DNA of 64,000 nucleotides, from NCBI RefSeq assembly GCF_003351765.1, contig NZ_CP031229.1, positions 2,376,916-2,440,915 of the forward strand. The letters run 5' to 3'. Of this stretch, positions 11,258-19,717 are shown piece by piece. Below the pieces are notes generated by a model. It had not been told where the DNA came from. It saw only the letters and a list, made by a program, of their open reading frames with translations, and did not search any database. Position numbers and translations under genes: made by a program. The first letter of the stretch is position 1, and every line of letters begins with the position of its first letter. The stretch comes from Ornithinimicrobium avium (GTDB lineage Bacteria; Actinomycetota; Actinomycetes; Actinomycetales; Dermatophilaceae).

Positions 11258-13932
11258 GCGGCGGTCCTCTCGGGGGTGGGGTCGCAGGCAGGGGTACGGG
11301 GTCGCACCAGCCGGTCCGCCAGCCGCCGCAGCGGGGCGTCCGTCCAGCGCCAGACCACGACCCCGACGGCCAGGGCGGCCAGCGTCTTCAGGGGCGGGGT
11401 GGGCACGAGGTCGAGCACCTGGAACTGGACCAGGTAGATGATCAGGCTGGCGGCGGCGAGCGTCGCGACCGCCGGCACCAGCCGGGAGGGCACCCTGATC
11501 GAGGGCAGCAGGGCGAGGGCCAGCACGCCGGCGAGGATGGTCGCGTTGCGGACCGGGTCGTCGGGGAAGTACCACGCGATGCCGAGCACCATCGCGCCGA
11601 GCGTCCACCGGCGGCGGGCCACGGTCCTCGCGGTGGCCAGGGCCAGGCCGACCGCGAAGAGCCAGAAGACGGTCGGCATCATGCCGCGCAGCACGCCGTC
11701 GGCGAAGGTGAGGATGAGGAAGCGGGGCACGAGGCCGGCCAGCACGAGGCCGAAGGCGACCTGCCAGGGGTCGACCCGCCAGCGGCGCGACACCCCGGGC
11801 AGGGAGAGCACCACGGTGGTGACCAGCACGCAGGCGAGCAGGGAGTCGATGAACCACAGCTCGTTGTGCTTGCCGTAGGAGATGTCGTCGACGAGCCAGT
11901 TGGCCATGAGGACGTTGTCCCAGCCGTAGCGCCCGTAGCTCAGCCCGACCAGCGCGACGAGCATCGTGGGGACCGCGATGCCGACCAGGAGCCGGGTGCT
12001 GCCGCGCCAGCGGCCGCGGGCGGTCGCCGCGGACAGGCCGAAGAGGGCGGCGTTGTAGCCAGCCACCACGAGGAGCGTGTGGGCACCGCCGAGCAGCCGG
12101 AAGAGTCCGGCGTGGGTGCCGCAGATCATCACCACGGCGAGCGCGCGGAGCACGACGGAGGTCTCCAGGCGGACCGGCCCGCCGAGCCAGCGCGCGAGGC
12201 GTCCGGTGGCGGGCTGCTCGTCCTGGTCGGTCCGACCGCCGGCGACCGCGGCGGTGACCAGGTCCTGGAGCGGTCGGTGGTGCCAGTCGGGCGGCAGGGT
12301 GCCGAGGAGCGCGGTGAGCCGGGTGGAGGCCTGCACGTGGGAGAGCGAGTCGCCGCCCTGGGCGACGAAGGAGCGGGCGAGGTCGATCTCGTCCCGGCCC
12401 AGGACCGTGGACAGCGCCGCCCCGACGCGGACCTGCAGGGGCGGGGCGTCCATCTGCTGGCGGGCGTCCACGCACTCCTCGGGGTCGCTGGCCCGCACGA
12501 GGACGTCGCACCCGGCGCGGTCGACCTTGCCGTTGGACAGCCGGGCGAGCGGCAGGACGGCCACCCGGACGTGGCCCACGCCCAGGCCGCAGGCGTGCGC
12601 GGCGGTGCGGCGCGCCATACCGGAGAGGTCGGTGGTGGAGGTGCCCCCGACCGGCTCGACGGCGACGCGCAGCCCGTCGTCGTCGCCGGTGACGCAGACG
12701 ACGAGGCCCTCGCGCTCGAGCGCGGTCTCGACCCGGGCGAGGTCGATGCGCAGGCCGAGGACCTTGACGAAGCCGGAGCGGCGCCCCACGATCCGCAGCA
12801 CGCCGTCCTCGTCCAGCCGGCCCAGGTCGCCGGTGCGCAGCTCGGTGAGCATCGGGCCGGGCGCGAGCTCGTCGGGGTGCTGGGCGTAGCCCATCATCAC
12901 GCCGGGGCCCCGCACGACGACCTCGCCGGTGCCGGCGTGCGGGTCGGCCTCGGGGACGTCGCGGTCGAGGACGACCTGGGTGCCCGGGACGGGGCGGCCG
13001 ACGGCGTCGGGCGCGGTCAGGGCGGCGGCCGGGTCGTGGACGGCGATCCGGGCGGTGGCCTCGGTCTGGCCGTACATGACGGCCAGGCCCCAGCCGTGCT
13101 CGGCGCCGAGGCGGGCGGTGCGCTCGACCCGCTCGGGGGCCAGCCGGCCGCCGGCCTGGGTGATCAGGCGCAGGCTCGGGTGCGGGCGCTGCAGGACGCC
13201 GGTGGTCTCCATCAGCTCGACCATGTGCGGCACCACGGCGATGTCGGTGACGCGGTGGTCGTCGACGACCGACCAGAAGGCCTCCTCGACGACGGAGGCG
13301 GTGGTGAGCGCGACGGAGGCACCGACCGTGAGGTGGGAGTGCAGGACCGAGAGCCCGAAGCAGTAGTGCAGCGGCAGGCTCGTCACCCCGCGGTCCGAGG
13401 CGGTGAGACTCAGCGCCTGGGCGATGGCCGCGGCGTTGGAGAGGACGTTCTCGTGGGAGAGCCGGACCAGCTTGGGCGAGCCGGTGCTGCCGGAGGTGGA
13501 CAGCAGGAGCGCGAGGTCGGGGTGGAGCAGGTGCCGGGGCGAGGCGTCCGCCGAGGTCTCGAACGTCCCGTGGGCCGTCATCGCCAGGTCGACCGGCCAG
13601 GCGTCGGTGACGGCGGCGGAGGCCGTCGGGTCGGCGCTGGTGACGAGCGCCACGTGCCCGGCCTCCAGCACGGCGAGGTAGCCCACCACCGCCTCGACGG
13701 TCGACGGCATCGGGACGTGGACGAGCAGCCTCTCCCCCGCGGCCCGGGCGTCCAGCTCCTCGGCGAGGGCGTCGACCCGCCGGCGCAGCGTGCCGTGGTC
13801 CAAGACCGTCCCGTCGGCCCCGACCAGGGCGGGGGCGGCCGGTTCGACCTGCCCGGCCACCGGCAGCGGCGAGCGCCGCACGTCCGGTCGGAGGACCGGG
13901 CGCGGTGCGAGACCGAGCATGGTGGGGGACAC
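11254..13932 (-). CDS. NRPS-like tri-domain protein: adenylation domain, peptidyl-carrier domain, and C-terminal polytopic membrane domain (acyltransferase-3/OafA-like)
   Basis: 892 aa. A-domain cores LSTSGSTGSPK, LRTGDLGR, GRRSGFVKVLGLRIDL, LPLARLSNGKVDR. Carrier motif FVAQGGDSLSHVQ. From about residue 590 there are 8-10 hydrophobic helices, opening with LRALAVVMICGTHAG (R-x11-H spacing as in AT3 TM1). Confidence 0.75.
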   Translation of the reverse strand: MSPTMLGLAPRPVLRPDVRRSPLPVAGQVEPAAPALVGADGTVLDHGTLRRRVDALAEELDARAAGERLLVHVPMPSTVEAVVGYLAVLEAGHVALVTSADPTASAAVTDAWPVDLAMTAHGTFETSADASPRHLLHPDLALLLSTSGSTGSPKLVRLSHENVLSNAAAIAQALSLTASDRGVTSLPLHYCFGLSVLHSHLTVGASVALTTASVVEEAFWSVVDDHRVTDIAVVPHMVELMETTGVLQRPHPSLRLITQAGGRLAPERVERTARLGAEHGWGLAVMYGQTEATARIAVHDPAAALTAPDAVGRPVPGTQVVLDRDVPEADPHAGTGEVVVRGPGVMMGYAQHPDELAPGPMLTELRTGDLGRLDEDGVLRIVGRRSGFVKVLGLRIDLARVETALEREGLVVCVTGDDDGLRVAVEPVGGTSTTDLSGMARRTAAHACGLGVGHVRVAVLPLARLSNGKVDRAGCDVLVRASDPEECVDARQQMDAPPLQVRVGAALSTVLGRDEIDLARSFVAQGGDSLSHVQASTRLTALLGTLPPDWHHRPLQDLVTAAVAGGRTDQDEQPATGRLARWLGGPVRLETSVVLRALAVVMICGTHAGLFRLLGGAHTLLVVAGYNAALFGLSAATARGRWRGSTRLLVGIAVPTMLVALVGLSYGRYGWDNVLMANWLVDDISYGKHNELWFIDSLLACVLVTTVVLSLPGVSRRWRVDPWQVAFGLVLAGLVPRFLILTFADGVLRGMMPTVFWLFAVGLALATARTVARRRWTLGAMVLGIAWYFPDDPVRNATILAGVLALALLPSIRVPSRLVPAVATLAAASLIIYLVQFQVLDLVPTPPLKTLAALAVGVVVWRWTDAPLRRLADRLVRPRTPACDPTPERTAA

Positions 13933-13940
13933 GACTGCTT

Positions 13941-13950
13941 AGGCTAGCCT
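13941..13950. promoter_or_regulatory. Perfect 10-bp palindrome AGGCTAGCCT in the 50-bp divergent promoter region between the A-T-membrane gene and the PPTase gene. Candidate operator.
   Basis: Read directly in the only AT-richer stretch (ttaggctagcctcaccaaatatcgtgag) between the divergent starts at 13932 and 13982. Confidence 0.35.
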
Positions 13951-13981
13951 CACCAAATATCGTGAGCCAAACGCGAGGTAT

Positions 13982-14554
13982 ATGAGGAGGGTGGTGTCGG
14001 CTGTGGACGTGCACCTGTGGTGGGCCGACCTCACCTGCGCCGACGCCGCCATGGAGGCGGAGCTGCCCGCCCCGGAGCGCGCGCGGCTGGAGAGGCTCAC
14101 CGGCGCCGAGCGGGCCCGCCGCGCCGTCGGCGCTGCCCTGCTGCAGCACGCCGTGCAGGCGCACCGGGCGCGGTCCGGGCCGGTCGTGGTCGACCGCACC
14201 TGCGAGGGGTGCGGGGCCCAGCACGGACGGCCCGTGGTGGAGGGCGGCCCCCACGTCTCCGTCGCCCACGCAGGCGTGCTGGTGGTCGTCGCGACCTGCC
14301 AGGACTCACCCGTGGGCATCGACGTGGAGCGGGTCTCGCGGTTCGAGGGCGCGGCCGACGCGCGGCAGGACGCCGGCAGCGGCGACCTCACGGCTGAGGT
14401 CCTCGCCGCGCAGGCGTGGGTGGGCGACGAGGCACGGCTCAAGGCCGGCACGGCCGGTGCGGTGCTCCCGGTGGACGCGCCGCTGCGCGGCTACGCGGCC
14501 GCGCTCTGCGTCGCGGGCGAGGAGTCCGAGGTCCGGCTGGTGGAGCACCGCTGA
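13982..14554 (+). CDS. 4'-phosphopantetheinyl transferase, Sfp-type
   Basis: 190-aa ORF. VHLWW...GIDVE...EARLKA motifs. Divergent from the carrier-domain gene. Confidence 0.8.
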   Translation: MRRVVSAVDVHLWWADLTCADAAMEAELPAPERARLERLTGAERARRAVGAALLQHAVQAHRARSGPVVVDRTCEGCGAQHGRPVVEGGPHVSVAHAGVLVVVATCQDSPVGIDVERVSRFEGAADARQDAGSGDLTAEVLAAQAWVGDEARLKAGTAGAVLPVDAPLRGYAAALCVAGEESEVRLVEHR

Positions 14555-14585
14555 CCGGGTCGCGCACGAGGGGTCTGCGGGGGAC

Positions 14586-14650
14586 ATGCAACGTCCTGCA
14601 CGTCATGCAGCGTTGCCGACGTTGTCTGACCGTGCAGGACGTTGTCTGTT
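14586..14650. repeat. Nested palindromic element, copy A (CAACGTCCTGCAC ... GTGCAGGACGTTGTCTG), between the convergent PPTase and MFS genes
   Basis: Inverted-repeat arms at 14589-14601 and 14632-14648. Related to the element at 31168-31236. Confidence 0.7.
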
Positions 14651-14728
14651 GCCCGGGCGGGCAGCGTCGGGCGCTGCCCCGGGGGCGCGATGCGCCAGGA
14701 GTGGCCGTCCAGGGGGCCGGGGAGCAGC

Positions 14729-16813
14729 TCAGGCCCGCGCAGGCTCCTCCTCCGGGTGCACCGTGTCCACCAGGAGCGCCGTCGACAGCTCGGACGCGGC
14801 CTGCCGTACCTGGGCGAGGTCCACGGCGGCGTGCCGCTCGGCGACGGTCGGCTCGACGGCGGTCAGCACCTCCTGCCGGGTCCGCTCCGCCGCGCGGACC
14901 GCGAGCTCCTGGCGCAGCGCGTCGCTGAGCAGACCGCCCTCGACACCGGCGCGCCGACCCAGCTCCACGGCATACCTCTCCGCAGCGGCGACCTCGTGCT
15001 CGTCGTCGCTGGTGAGCATCAGGGAGGCGTGCTGGAGGATCCGGCGGCCCTTCTCCACGTCGCCGTCGCCGAGCTCGGCGACCGCGCGGGCGAGCAGCGG
15101 ACGGTCCGGCCGCCCGGCGCTGCGGGCGAGCATCGCCAGCTGGATGCCCAGGACCCGCTCACGGGTGCGGGCCCCCAGGTCGCCGTGGCGCAGACCCGGC
15201 ACGTAGTCCTTGTCCGGGGCGCTCTGGGCCATGGTGTCGAGGTACTCCTGCTGCGCCTCGCCGGCCGTGTGCACGGTCTCGCGCAGCGGGATCGCCCGGA
15301 TCGCCAGGGTGGCCACGAAGACCACGAGCATGATCGGCAGGCCGAGCATGAAGGTCGCGTGCAGCTGGTCGGCCAGGCCGGCCCGGATCGCCTCCAGCAC
15401 CTGCGGCGGCATGCCGGCCGTCGCGGCCGGGTCGAGGGCGGCGCCGGCGTCGAGGTTGTCCAGGCCGCCACCGGCCTTCTCGAGGAGGTCCGGGGGCAGG
15501 TGCCCGGCGATGGCGCCGGCCAGCCCGTTGGTCATCACGCTGCCGAAGACCGCCACGCCCACGGTGTTGCCGACGTTGCGGAAGAACTGCAGCGTGGCGG
15601 TGCCCACGCCGAGGTCGGCGCGGGACACGGCGTTCTGGACGACGAGCGTGTACTGCTGCATCGCCATGCCCAGGCCGGTGCCCATGACCGCGATCGCCGC
15701 GGTGAGCTCCCACTCCGAGGAGTCCACGCCGAGGCGGGTCAGCATCCACAGGCCGACGGTCAGCACCACGGTGCCCAGCAGCATGAACTCCTTGTAGCGG
15801 CCGGTCTTGGTGATCAGGACGCCGGTGACGATGCCGAAGACGATGAGGCCCAGCATCATCGGCATGAGGATCAGCCCGGACGCGGTGGCGTCGACGCCGA
15901 GCACGCCCTGGGCGAAGACCGGCACGTAGATGATCGCCGCGAACATCACCATCGCCAGCGCGAACGCGGCGATGTTGGAGGCGGTGAAGATGCTGTTGCG
16001 GAAGAGCCGCAGCGGCAGGAGCGGGTTCTCGGCGTGCAGCTCGGCCCAGGCGAAGACGGCCAGCAGCACGCCGCCGACGACGAGCAGCCCGATGATGACG
16101 GCCGATCCCCAGGGGTAGGTCGTGCCGCCCCAGGAGGTCGCCAGCAGGATCGCGACCAGCGCCGGGACGAGCGTGACGATGCCGAGCACGTCGATCCGGC
16201 CGCGGTGCGGCGTGTGCTCCAGGTGCAGGAAGCGGGCGATGACGAAGACGGCGAAGATCCCGACCGGCAGCGCGGCGAAGAACAGCCAGCGCCAGCCCCA
16301 GTGGTCGGTGATCCAGCCGCCGGCGATCGGGCCAGCGACCGAGGTGACGCCGAAGACAGCGCCCATGAGGCCCTGGTACTTCCCGCGCTGCCGCGCCGGG
16401 ATGATGTCGCCGATGATCGTCTGCGACAGCGGCATCAGCGTGCCCATGCCCAGTCCCTGCACGGCGCGGCCGGCGACCAGAGTCCAGAAGTTGGGGGCCA
16501 GCCCGGAGATGATCGAGCCGATCATGAACACGACCAGGCCGGCGAGGTAGAACTCGCGCCGGCCGAACATGTCGGACAGCTTTCCCACCACGGGCACGAC
16601 GATCGCCGAGACCAGCATCGCCGCGGTCGCGACCCAGCTGTAGTGGGCCATCCCACCCAGCTCGGCGACGATGCGCGGCATCGCGGGCCCGACGATCGTC
16701 TGGCTGATGGAGGCGACGAACATGCCCAGCATCAGGCCGACGAAGACGCGACGGTGCTCGGGGGTCATCCGGTATGGGGTGGCGCCGGTGGGCGCCGTGG
16801 TGGTCGTGCTCAC
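14729..16813 (-). CDS. MFS transporter, DHA2 (EmrB/QacA, 14-TM) family with a long cytoplasmic C-terminal extension
   Basis: 694-aa ORF with MFS motifs (GKLSDMFGRR, 14 hydrophobic segments). GTG start overlaps the MarR stop (GTGA). Confidence 0.8.
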   Translation of the reverse strand: MSTTTTAPTGATPYRMTPEHRRVFVGLMLGMFVASISQTIVGPAMPRIVAELGGMAHYSWVATAAMLVSAIVVPVVGKLSDMFGRREFYLAGLVVFMIGSIISGLAPNFWTLVAGRAVQGLGMGTLMPLSQTIIGDIIPARQRGKYQGLMGAVFGVTSVAGPIAGGWITDHWGWRWLFFAALPVGIFAVFVIARFLHLEHTPHRGRIDVLGIVTLVPALVAILLATSWGGTTYPWGSAVIIGLLVVGGVLLAVFAWAELHAENPLLPLRLFRNSIFTASNIAAFALAMVMFAAIIYVPVFAQGVLGVDATASGLILMPMMLGLIVFGIVTGVLITKTGRYKEFMLLGTVVLTVGLWMLTRLGVDSSEWELTAAIAVMGTGLGMAMQQYTLVVQNAVSRADLGVGTATLQFFRNVGNTVGVAVFGSVMTNGLAGAIAGHLPPDLLEKAGGGLDNLDAGAALDPAATAGMPPQVLEAIRAGLADQLHATFMLGLPIMLVVFVATLAIRAIPLRETVHTAGEAQQEYLDTMAQSAPDKDYVPGLRHGDLGARTRERVLGIQLAMLARSAGRPDRPLLARAVAELGDGDVEKGRRILQHASLMLTSDDEHEVAAAERYAVELGRRAGVEGGLLSDALRQELAVRAAERTRQEVLTAVEPTVAERHAAVDLAQVRQAASELSTALLVDTVHPEEEPARA

Positions 16814-17244
16814 GGGGCGGGGGTCCTTCGGGACTCGAGGGTGTCGCTGAGCTTGCCGAGCAGCCGGGCGAGCTGGTCCTTGTCGGACTCCTCCCAGCCG
16901 GCCAGGGCGTCGGTGACGAGGGCGACCCGGCGGTGGCGTTCGACGCGCAGAGCCTCGGCACCGACGACCGTCAGCCGCAGCCGGTGGGCGCGGCGGTCGT
17001 CAGGGTCGGTCTCCCGCTCGACCAGGCCGCGCTCGGTCAACGAGGCGACGCGGCGGCTCATCGTCGAGGGGTCCAGGCCCTCGGCGTGGGCGAGGTCGCT
17101 GGGGCGGCAGGGACCCTCGCCCTCGACCGCGTTCGCCAGCCGGACGAGCGTGAGGTAGTCGGACCTCGGAAGCTCGGCATCCCGCTCGTTGATCGCGCGG
17201 CCCATGGCGGCGAAGGCGCGCGCGAGCTGCTCAGTCAGTTGCAT
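16810..17244 (-). CDS. MarR-family transcriptional regulator
   Basis: 144 aa from ATG 17244 (MQLTEQLARAF...). Winged-HTH region LTERGLVERETDPDDRRAHRLRLT. Upstream of, and coupled to, the MFS gene. Confidence 0.75.
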   Translation of the reverse strand: MQLTEQLARAFAAMGRAINERDAELPRSDYLTLVRLANAVEGEGPCRPSDLAHAEGLDPSTMSRRVASLTERGLVERETDPDDRRAHRLRLTVVGAEALRVERHRRVALVTDALAGWEESDKDQLARLLGKLSDTLESRRTPAP

Positions 17245-17403
17245 GATGCATGCAATCTTACCAGCCGTGAGCGGTGCCGGTGACCACGTGCAGGCCCTGG
17301 GACGGGACGGCGCGCCGCCAGGGGTGGACCGGTGTCGGCGCCGGATGAGACCGTGGGGGCTGGCGCCGGACCGCGCCGGACCGCGCCGGGCGGAGGGAGA
17401 GCG

Positions 17404-18222
17404 ATGACCACGATCGGGGGTGCGGGACTGATCCGGCGGCGGACCCTGCTGCGGGCCGGCGCGCTCGCCGTGGCGGGCGCCGCGGGCCTTCCGCTGTCCG
17501 CGTGCTCGCCGCGCACCGACGACCGCCTCGCCCCGGTGCTGGAGGGTCGGCTGAGCTCGGCGCACCTGCCCGGGACCGAGCCGCGGTGGCGGCTGGCGCT
17601 GCCGGAGGGAGCGGTGGCCACGGTGGTGGCGCTGCACGGCCACGGCGGCAGCTTGCGGACCTGGTTCGAGCCACCGCTCGGGCCCGCCCTGGCACAGCGC
17701 CTGGGCCTGGCGGTGGCCGCGGTCGACGGCGGCGACAGCTACTGGCACGCCCGCGCCGACGGCACCGACGCCGGCACGATGGTGCTGGAGGACCTGCTGC
17801 CGGTGCTGGAGCGGGAGGGGGCCCCGGTGGACCGGGTCGGCTTCACCGGCTTCTCGATGGGCGGCTACGGCGCGCTGCTGCTGGCCACCCGGCTGCCGCC
17901 CGAGCGGGTCCTGGGCGTGGCCGCGATGAGCTCCGCGCTCTTTCTCTCGCCCGCGGAGACGTCGGCGGGCGCGTTCGACGACGCCGCCGACTTCGCCGAG
18001 CACGACGTGCGCGCCAGGGTGGACGCGCTGCGACGGCTCCCGGTGTGGATGGCCTGCGGCGCCGACGACGAGTTCGTCGAGGCCAACCATGCGCTCGCCG
18101 AGCAGCTCCCCGAGGCGGTCACGGTGTTCGACGAGGGGCGGCACGACCGCGCCTACCTCGAGGGGCACTGGCCTGCGGGTATGGAGTTCCTCGCCGGGCA
18201 GGTTGGTCCGGGCCGTGCCTGA
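17404..18222 (+). CDS. Secreted putative esterase (alpha/beta hydrolase, esterase-D/PF00756-like) with Tat signal
   Basis: RRRTLLRAGALAVAGAAG twin-arginine signal. GFSMGG nucleophile elbow. The longest ORF starts at 17332; the ATG at 17404 is preferred. Confidence 0.7.
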   Translation: MTTIGGAGLIRRRTLLRAGALAVAGAAGLPLSACSPRTDDRLAPVLEGRLSSAHLPGTEPRWRLALPEGAVATVVALHGHGGSLRTWFEPPLGPALAQRLGLAVAAVDGGDSYWHARADGTDAGTMVLEDLLPVLEREGAPVDRVGFTGFSMGGYGALLLATRLPPERVLGVAAMSSALFLSPAETSAGAFDDAADFAEHDVRARVDALRRLPVWMACGADDEFVEANHALAEQLPEAVTVFDEGRHDRAYLEGHWPAGMEFLAGQVGPGRA

Positions 18223-18325
18223 CCCCCTCACCGGAGTGGCCCGTGCACGCCATACCGTCTCCTCGCGTGCCTGACCCACTCACGGGAGTGGCTCGTGCAC
18301 GCCATACCCGTCCGTCGCGGACGCT
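18220..18325. repeat. Tandem ~52-bp duplication, about 85% identical, beginning at the esterase stop codon
   Basis: Unit 1 TGACCCCCTCACCGGAGTGGCCCGTGCACGCCATACCGTC... and unit 2 TGACCCACTCACGGGAGTGGCTCGTGCACGCCATACCCGTC.... Each unit holds a short inverted repeat CACTCACGGGAGTG. Confidence 0.75.
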
Positions 18326-18330
18326 CGGCG

Positions 18331-18957
18331 TCAGGCCGACCGGCCCGCCACCGACGCGATGCCGAGCCAGGTGTGCCGGTTGCCCGCCCAGCACCAGCCG
18401 AGCTTGGGCGCGTCCTTGCGCTCCTTGCCGTCCCGGCCCGTGCCGTTGCTGATCCACAGGGCGGGGACGCGCGCGTCGAGCCGGCCGCGGCGGGAGCCCG
18501 GTCTGCGCGAACCGGTCGTCATGAAGCAGTGGTTGCGCTCGAGCACCTCCGGCACCTGCAGGGCCCAGGCCACCCCCTCGGCCGCGGTCATCAGGTCGCG
18601 GCCGCGCGCCCGGACCTGCGGGTCGACCTCGTCGGGGCTCTGGTCGGCGTACTCGTCCCCGCGCTGGGGGTCGAGCACCGCATACAGGTCGGCGTCCGGG
18701 ACCTCGACCCCCGGAGCAGGGACGAACTGCGCCAGGTCGGTCAGGTCCTCCACGACGAACCCGGGCCGCTCGCGCAGACGCAGCAGCGCGACGAGGTCGA
18801 CCACCGGGGTGTGCCGCGGGTGCACCACGAGCAGGTCGCCCGCCAGGTCCTCGGGCAGGGCCGGCAGGTCGACGCCGAGGGCGAGCAGACGGGCGTGCTG
18901 GTCGGCGAGCGCGGGCAGCGTCACGGGGCCTCCTGGGCGGGTGGTGGACCCACGCAA
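18331..18957 (-). CDS. Hypothetical protein
   Basis: 208-aa ORF with plausible codon bias. No motif recognised (NHCFM...GWCWAGNRHTWLG). Confidence 0.45.
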   Translation of the reverse strand: MRGSTTRPGGPVTLPALADQHARLLALGVDLPALPEDLAGDLLVVHPRHTPVVDLVALLRLRERPGFVVEDLTDLAQFVPAPGVEVPDADLYAVLDPQRGDEYADQSPDEVDPQVRARGRDLMTAAEGVAWALQVPEVLERNHCFMTTGSRRPGSRRGRLDARVPALWISNGTGRDGKERKDAPKLGWCWAGNRHTWLGIASVAGRSA

Positions 18958-19014
18958 ACGCCCGCGGGCGCAGGGGCATTCCCCTTGACATGCGGCCGTG
19001 CGACCGCAGGCGGG

Positions 19015-19710
19015 TCAGCCCGGCCGGTCGCCCAGGCGCACCTCGCGCTCGTCCCAGTCGATCTGCGCGACCTGCTCCATGGGGACGTATGCCGTGTCCC
19101 GGTGGATCCGGCGCACCAGCACGGCCAGGGCGGCCGGCCCCTGGTCCTCGTCGCGTTCGTAGCCCATGAGCGAGCCCGGCCTGCCCACCCGGCCGACGAT
19201 CAGACCCACGGCGCGCACCCGTCCCGAGGCGAGCTCCCCGGCCGGCGCCATCCGCACGTCGAGGACCTGCCCGAGGCGCTCACCGTCGGCCGAGGTCACG
19301 CGCACCGCGAGCAGGTCGCCCAGGCGGTGGCGCACGTCGTCCTCATCCTCCTCCGGGCCCGACGCCAGCTGCACGAGGCCGTCGCGCTCGCGGTCGAGGC
19401 GCACCTCCTGGTCGAGCTCGGCGACCCTCTCGATGCCGATCCGCCCGGGCGTGGTCCGGTGGGCCCTGGTCACGCCCAGGAGGCGCCACCACTCCAGCAA
19501 CCACGGGCCGAACCGGGGCCCCAGCCGCGGGAGCCAGGCGGGGACGCCGACGAGGATGCCGGTGACCCGCAGCCCGCCCCCGTCCTGCGTGAGCTCCACG
19601 TCGTCGACCTTGCCGGCCAGCCGGCCCTCGGAGTCGACGAGCTGGCGGTCGAGCAGCTGCAGCGCCGCGTCCAGGAACCCCTCCGGCCGGGCCAGGTCGT
19701 CCTTCCTCAT
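19015..19710 (-). CDS. Hypothetical protein (two internal repeats; possibly PRC-barrel-like)
   Basis: 231-aa ORF. The repeated G-x-V-x-D-V motif is only weakly suggestive. Confidence 0.45.
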   Translation of the reverse strand: MRKDDLARPEGFLDAALQLLDRQLVDSEGRLAGKVDDVELTQDGGGLRVTGILVGVPAWLPRLGPRFGPWLLEWWRLLGVTRAHRTTPGRIGIERVAELDQEVRLDRERDGLVQLASGPEEDEDDVRHRLGDLLAVRVTSADGERLGQVLDVRMAPAGELASGRVRAVGLIVGRVGRPGSLMGYERDEDQGPAALAVLVRRIHRDTAYVPMEQVAQIDWDEREVRLGDRPG

Positions 19711-19717
19711 TCCTGCC

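Noticed and set aside
10229-14269. 1346-aa minus-strand ORF
   Set aside because: The N-terminal ~1000 residues are low-complexity off-frame translation of the A-T-membrane gene. Only the C-terminal 342 aa (the Fe3+ substrate-binding protein) are real.
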